Shown in pieces: positions 59,146 to 64,000 of a stretch of DNA of 64,000 nt. This DNA comes from Minisyncoccota bacterium. GTDB lineage: Bacteria > Patescibacteriota > Minisyncoccia > Phycocordibacterales > CAJBRS01. The notes under the pieces are model-generated. The model was given only the letters and a program-made list of their open reading frames with translations. It was not told the origin of the DNA and made no database searches. The translations under genes and the position numbers were made by a program. Every line of letters starts with the position of its first letter. Position 1 is the stretch's first letter. The DNA lies in contig JADGRH010000003.1 of the NCBI GenBank assembly GCA_017881075.1, positions 682 through 64,681 on the forward strand. The letters run 5' to 3'.

Positions 59146-60783
59146 ATGGCAAAAAAAATAATCTATAATGAAGAAGCGAGAAAATTACTAAAGAGTGGTG
59201 TTGATCAAGTGGCTAATGCGGTCAAAATAACTATTGGTCCTCGCGGCCGAAATGTGGTTCTTGATAAAGGATACGGCGCTCCTACTATCACCAACGATGG
59301 TGTTTCCATTGCCAAAGAAATCACATTAACGGACAAATTTGAAAATATGGGAGCCGAGATCATTAAGGAAGTAGCGACGAAAACTAACGAAACGGCCGGC
59401 GATGGTACCACCACTTCCGTCATCCTGGCTCAAGCGATCATCAGAGAAGGAATGAAGCATGCCACTATGGGCGTTAATGCTATGGCTCTAAAATCCGGGA
59501 TTGAGAAGGCCACCCTTGATGTAGTGAAAGCTTTGCAGGATATTGCCAAGCCGATAAAAAATAAGGAAGAGATCCGTCAGGTGGCTACTATCTCCGCCGA
59601 ATCGGAAGATATCGGTAAAATCATTGCTTCTACTATTGATAAGGTTGGAAAGGATGGGGTAGTGACGGTGGAAGAATCAGAATCACTCGGTGTCGATTCG
59701 GAAGTAGTACAAGGGTTGGGATTTGATAAAGGATATGTTTCTGCTTACATGATTACCGATTCATCTCGCATGGAAGCCGTATACAACAATCCGGATATCT
59801 TAATTACTGATAAGAAAATAAGCTCAATTAAAGAAATTTTACCGTTGCTTGAAAAGTTGGCTCAAGAAGGTAGAAAGCAGCTTGTAATAATTGCCGAAGA
59901 TGTTGATGGAGAGGCCCTAGCCACTCTGGTGGTTAACAAGCTACGTGCCACCTTTAATACTCTTGCCCTAAAGGCTCCCGGATATGGTGATAGAAAAAAA
60001 GAAATACTGGAAGACATAGCCATTATGACTGGGGGAAAAGTGATTTCGGAAGAGACTGGACTTAAACTTGAAAATGCTGATCTTAATATGCTGGGCCGGG
60101 CTAATCGGATAATAGCCACAAAAGACAACACCATTATTGTCGGCGGAAAGGGCAAGAAAAGCGTTATTCTCGAAAGGGTGGCCTCGCTGAAAAAACAGCG
60201 CCAGGCCACCGACTCCAATTTTGATAAAGAAAAACTTGATGAAAGAATTGCCAAACTCACCGGCGGTGTCGCCGTTATTCGAGTCGGTGCCGCCACCGAA
60301 ACAGAAATGAAATATTTGAAATTGAAAATTGAAGATGCCGTTAACGCTACGAAAGCGGCTATCGCCGAAGGAGTGGTAGCGGGAGGAGGAAGCGCTCTGG
60401 TGCGGGTGGCGGAAAAAATTGGCAAGAGCAAACGGGCTACTGATGGTGGTGAGATGGAGCTTGGCTACAATATAGTCATTCGAGCTTTGGAAGAACCTCT
60501 GAAACAAATTGCCATTAATGCCGGTAAAGACGACGGTTCAGTCATTGTCGACAAGATTAAAAATGCTAAAGGAAATGCCGGCTACAACGCTCTCACCGAT
60601 GAGATTGTTTCCGACATGCTCGCCGCCGGTATCATTGACCCGGTGAAAGTAGCCAGAAGCGCCATTCAAAATGCCTCCAGCGCCGCCGCTCTCCTATTAA
60701 CTACTGAAGTCGCTATCGCCGATCTGCCCGAAGAAAAAAAAGGTGCCACCGGTATGCCAGATATGGGCGGGGGGATGTATTAA
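59146..60783 (+). CDS. groEL: chaperonin GroEL
   Basis: The 545-aa protein has the ATP site DGTTTS and a C-terminal GGM tail (GGGMY). Confidence 0.95.
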   Translation: MAKKIIYNEEARKLLKSGVDQVANAVKITIGPRGRNVVLDKGYGAPTITNDGVSIAKEITLTDKFENMGAEIIKEVATKTNETAGDGTTTSVILAQAIIREGMKHATMGVNAMALKSGIEKATLDVVKALQDIAKPIKNKEEIRQVATISAESEDIGKIIASTIDKVGKDGVVTVEESESLGVDSEVVQGLGFDKGYVSAYMITDSSRMEAVYNNPDILITDKKISSIKEILPLLEKLAQEGRKQLVIIAEDVDGEALATLVVNKLRATFNTLALKAPGYGDRKKEILEDIAIMTGGKVISEETGLKLENADLNMLGRANRIIATKDNTIIVGGKGKKSVILERVASLKKQRQATDSNFDKEKLDERIAKLTGGVAVIRVGAATETEMKYLKLKIEDAVNATKAAIAEGVVAGGGSALVRVAEKIGKSKRATDGGEMELGYNIVIRALEEPLKQIAINAGKDDGSVIVDKIKNAKGNAGYNALTDEIVSDMLAAGIIDPVKVARSAIQNASSAAALLLTTEVAIADLPEEKKGATGMPDMGGGMY

Positions 60784-60985
60784 CGCTTCGCCAAAAGACT
60801 ATTGCGGAACCCGCATAAATCTCTGCTGAGATTTTGCTTAACTCGTCGCTCAAGAAAATTACAGAGTCAAAAAACTCCTACTCCGTCGAACTCGCTTTGC
60901 TCAAACAGTCTCCTCCGTTCTGAAGCTTTTTGACTCTTAATTTTCTAAGCTCCTGCGTGGGTTTCGCAATAGTCTTTTGGCTTCG
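60784..60985. repeat. nested long inverted repeats downstream of groEL (MITE-like or structured RNA)
   Basis: An outer inverted repeat of about 26 bp, GCCAAAAGACTATTGCGGAACCCGCA at 60790-60815 and TGCGTGGGTTTCGCAATAGTCTTTTGGC at 60955-60982, has a spacer of about 140 nt. An inner inverted repeat AGAGTCAAAAA / TTTTTGACTCT is about 50 nt apart. Confidence 0.5.
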
Positions 60986-61045
60986 CTTCTACCCAAGATA
61001 CGCCGCACCACTACACGAAAACCATGCAATACCCAATAGTCCAGG

Positions 61046-61128
61046 CTGTTCCCGGAGAGCTCGTGAACGACTTTTCGAGTCAGCAGAGGAGAAAACGTCG
61101 GGCAGGAGCGATGCGGGGGACCAGGGTT
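61046..61128 (-). repeat. about 80-nt intergenic repeat element, copy 2 (inverted relative to copy 1)
   Basis: This is the reverse complement of the 36427-36506 element. Confidence 0.7.
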
Positions 61129-61152
61129 ATAAAAATATGCTAATATAAAAAC

Positions 61153-61788
61153 ATGCAAAAAGAACGAAATGGATTCCTGCCAATGGCTATCGGATTAATG
61201 ATAATCCTCCTCGCCGTGGCCGTATATCAATACGCCAACTACAACCTTCCGTCGGTTGCGAATTATCAGGAGGCCACTTCAAGTAATCAGGTTGTATCCG
61301 ACACATCATCCTGGAAAACCTATAAAGACAATCAATCCGGATTTTCAATTAACTATCCGGCAGACTTTACTCTTCGCGATGATTCCAACGGCAACCTTGT
61401 TTTGGAAGTGCCTGTGAAAAATTATTTTAAAACAGTGTTAACGAGCGAAGCTAATCTCACCATCTCAAATCCAGCAAAAACTTGTCCAGCATCGATGGGA
61501 GAGAGGCTCGGCGCTACCACTACTGTGAGCTTCAATGGAGGAACATTCAATAAGGTATCATGGAGCGGTGTTGGTGCAGGGAATATTTACGAAGGAGCAG
61601 ATTACACTCTCATTTTAAATGCTAATTGCTACTCCATACACATGTTTCTTCATAGCGCCAATGGCGCCGGACTATATACTAGTGATCCGGCCGAGATCGT
61701 TAAAATGGATGCAGAACAAAAAAATGATAAGGCAGCATTCTTAACACTTGCCGACAAAATCGTTTCAACTTTTAAATTTACTAAATAA
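61153..61788 (+). CDS. hypothetical secreted / membrane-anchored protein
   Basis: The 211-aa protein has an N-terminal TM helix. Confidence 0.4.
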   Translation: MQKERNGFLPMAIGLMIILLAVAVYQYANYNLPSVANYQEATSSNQVVSDTSSWKTYKDNQSGFSINYPADFTLRDDSNGNLVLEVPVKNYFKTVLTSEANLTISNPAKTCPASMGERLGATTTVSFNGGTFNKVSWSGVGAGNIYEGADYTLILNANCYSIHMFLHSANGAGLYTSDPAEIVKMDAEQKNDKAAFLTLADKIVSTFKFTK

Positions 61789-61799
61789 TACAAAATACT

Positions 61800-62372
61800 A
61801 TGACCATCACATACATAATTATTGGTATCGTCGCCATTCTTCTCGGCTGGTTCGTTGCCGCCTACAACGGCTTCGTTCGTTTAGTCAATCGGGCCAAAGA
61901 AGCCTGGGCCGACATTGATGTTCAATTGAAGAGACGATACGACCTTATTCCTAACTTGGTAAATACTGTTAAGGGCTATGCCGCACACGAAGCGACCGCC
62001 TTTGAGAAAGTGACGGCGGCGCGAAGCGCCGCCATGGGGGCCGCAAGTGGTGGTCCAAATCTAGCCATGCGGGCCAAGGCAGAAGATCAGCTCTCCGGAG
62101 CTCTCGGCCGCATCTTTGCTATTGCCGAGGCCTACCCGGATCTGAAAGCCAATCAAAACTTTCTGGAGCTTCAGCGGGAATTGGAAGACACCGAAAACAA
62201 GATTCAGGCCGCTCGACGTTTTTATAACACCAATGTTCGCGATCTCAATATCAGGATTGATGTTTTTCCGGCCAGTATTATTTCCAGCATGTTTCATTTC
62301 CAAAAAATGGAATTCTTTCAGTTGGGCGAAGCTGATGCCGCCGCCAAAGAACCAGTTGAAGTGAAATTCTAA
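61800..62372 (+). CDS. lemA: LemA-family protein
   Basis: An N-terminal TM helix is followed by the conserved LemA segment NGFVRLVNRAKEAWADIDVQLKRRYDLIPNLV. Confidence 0.8.
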   Translation: MTITYIIIGIVAILLGWFVAAYNGFVRLVNRAKEAWADIDVQLKRRYDLIPNLVNTVKGYAAHEATAFEKVTAARSAAMGAASGGPNLAMRAKAEDQLSGALGRIFAIAEAYPDLKANQNFLELQRELEDTENKIQAARRFYNTNVRDLNIRIDVFPASIISSMFHFQKMEFFQLGEADAAAKEPVEVKF

Positions 62373-62375
62373 CTC

Positions 62376-62846
62376 ATGGATATTAAGGACAAGGAACTAC
62401 ATCGCATTGCTATTACAGCCATTATCTATAAAGAAGATGGCACATTCCTAATTACTAAACGTAGTCCCGACAAAAAAGCATTTCCTAATAAATGGACGGT
62501 TCCGGGTGGAGGACTTTCTGTGGATGATTATATTAATACTCCGCCGACTCACGATAATAATCAATGGTACCGCTCTCTTGAAAAAACTTTGCGGAGGGAA
62601 ATAAAAGAAGAAGTTAATCTAGAAATTGGCACACCAGACTATCTTCTCGATATTACTCTAATTCGCCCCGATAATATCCCAGTGCTTGTTTTAAGCTTCA
62701 TTGCCCCATATGTTTCCGGGGAAGTAATACTGGATAAAGATAGTGTCGAGTTTGCCTGGGTGAGCTATGAGGAAGCAAGGTCTTACGATCTGATCAGTGG
62801 TATTATCGAGGAAATCGAATTAGCAGATAAACGTCTTAAAAATTAG
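62376..62846 (+). CDS. NUDIX hydrolase
   Basis: The Nudix box is GGGLSVDDY...LRREIKEEVNLEIG. Confidence 0.8.
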   Translation: MDIKDKELHRIAITAIIYKEDGTFLITKRSPDKKAFPNKWTVPGGGLSVDDYINTPPTHDNNQWYRSLEKTLRREIKEEVNLEIGTPDYLLDITLIRPDNIPVLVLSFIAPYVSGEVILDKDSVEFAWVSYEEARSYDLISGIIEEIELADKRLKN

Positions 62847-62847
62847 T

Positions 62848-63756
62848 ATGGCATCACTTTATCATCAACAAGATTCAAATATCGCCAAGACATGGGTTCT
62901 AATGATCCTCTTTTTAATGGTGGTTATTTCCATCGGTTATTTTTTCAGTTTCTATTATCAAAGCCCGAGCATTTTATATTTTGCTGTTGTTTTTAGCCTT
63001 CTTATGAATATCGGCAGTTATTGGTTCTCCGACAAGATCGTTCTAAGAATATCTAGAGCAAGACCGGTGACTCGGGCCGAGGCGCCGGATTATTGGAATA
63101 CGGTGGAAAATCTTTCCATCACGGCGGGATTGCCGATGCCAAAGATCTATATTATTGATGATCCGGCCCCAAATGCCTTTGCCACCGGGCGCAATAAAGA
63201 GCATGCGGCTGTGGCGGCTACTACCGGTCTTTTGAATATGATGGACAAGACGGAGTTGGAAGGAGTAATTGCTCACGAGCTTTCGCATATCGGCAACAAA
63301 GATATTCTTCTTTCGACGGTAGTGGTGGTGCTTGTTGGATTGGTTACGCTACTCTCCGATTTCTTTTTGAGAATGTCTTTTTGGGGCGGCAATCGTGGAA
63401 ACAACAGGGAAGGGAATGCCGGCGCGATCCTCGCCATCATTGGCATCGTCCTGGCCATTCTCACTCCGATTATCGCTACGCTCATTCAGCTTGCCATCTC
63501 GCGCCGGCGCGAATCCCTCGCCGATGCCGATGGCGCCCTCCTCACTCGTTATCCGGAGGGCCTGGCATCGGCTCTGGAGAAGATCGCTGGCTACAAACGA
63601 CCCATGCTTCACGCCAACAACGCCACCGCCCATCTCTACATTTCCAATCCATTCGGGCCCGATAATAAAAAAGTCAGCGCCATCGCCCGCCTCTTCATGA
63701 CTCATCCGCCGCTCGCCGATCGCATTGCCGCTCTGCGCGACAGCGAAGTAAAATAA
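62848..63756 (+). CDS. htpX: protease HtpX (M48 zinc metalloprotease)
   Basis: The 302-aa protein has TM helices flanking the motif HELSHIGNKD (HExxH). The C-terminus is FMTHPPLADRIAAL. Confidence 0.9.
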   Translation: MASLYHQQDSNIAKTWVLMILFLMVVISIGYFFSFYYQSPSILYFAVVFSLLMNIGSYWFSDKIVLRISRARPVTRAEAPDYWNTVENLSITAGLPMPKIYIIDDPAPNAFATGRNKEHAAVAATTGLLNMMDKTELEGVIAHELSHIGNKDILLSTVVVVLVGLVTLLSDFFLRMSFWGGNRGNNREGNAGAILAIIGIVLAILTPIIATLIQLAISRRRESLADADGALLTRYPEGLASALEKIAGYKRPMLHANNATAHLYISNPFGPDNKKVSAIARLFMTHPPLADRIAALRDSEVK

Positions 63757-64000
63757 ATAAAATAAAAATGCCGCCCCTATTGCTTCCGGGGCGACATTGC
63801 CGCTTTCTTTTTCTTCGGTTTCGGCATGATAATGTAAATCTTGTCGAAATGGGACACACCCACCTGTCCCCAAGACGCCAAAGGCAGGCCAAACCAATGT
63901 CTGGGAACGGCATTTCTGGTTACAAGCCATTTTACCCGTTCGTGCAAAATAATAGCCCATTTCCAGGAGTCTTTGAGTTTAACGTCTTTCCGTTTCAAGG

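Noticed and set aside
63349-63960. 203-aa minus-strand ORF overlapping htpX
   Set aside because: It is antisense to the conserved HtpX C-terminal region, in a GC-rich stretch, with no independent support.
63777-63998. 73-aa minus-strand ORF at the window edge
   Set aside because: It runs to within 2 nt of the window end and has no recognisable motifs. It cannot be distinguished from a truncated or spurious ORF, so it was left uncalled.

Overview
This is a 64-kb window from an AT-rich (about 40% GC) bacterial genome with dense, compact gene organisation and many small genes. Mostly from the gene content (an assumption), it looks like a small-genome lineage such as Patescibacteria/CPR. The backbone is housekeeping: rplT-rpmI-infC, smpB with a tmRNA gene directly downstream, ftsH, recG, ligA, gatCA, prfB, ftsEX, pyrG, rnj, secG, groES-groEL, htpX and seven tRNAs. 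A large type IV pilus / competence-pilus locus spans about 22.3-34.3 kb, with pilMNO, pilB, a CheY-like receiver, pilT, pilC, at least seven pilin or minor-pilin genes, the pilD prepilin peptidase and comF adjacent. Two paralogous giant secreted proteins carry a peptidoglycan-binding domain and IPT-like repeats. The most notable region is a roughly 5-kb integrated element at the 3' end of tRNA-Ser(GCU), 15453-20487, bounded by a 15-nt direct repeat. It encodes a large serine recombinase and an HUH rolling-circle Rep, plus a compositionally foreign cargo: a consensus sigma70 promoter, a structured RNA, a GC-rich 165-codon ORF and a strong terminator, followed by a small HEPN (Rx4H) protein. Other observations are in-frame tandem perfect palindromes inserted into ligA whose core recurs at 12116-12142, an inverted-orientation roughly 80-nt intergenic repeat in two copies, a nested inverted-repeat structure after groEL, a tRNA with a UAU anticodon, two putative type II TA pairs, and an RNase J with a GC-rich basic N-terminal extension.
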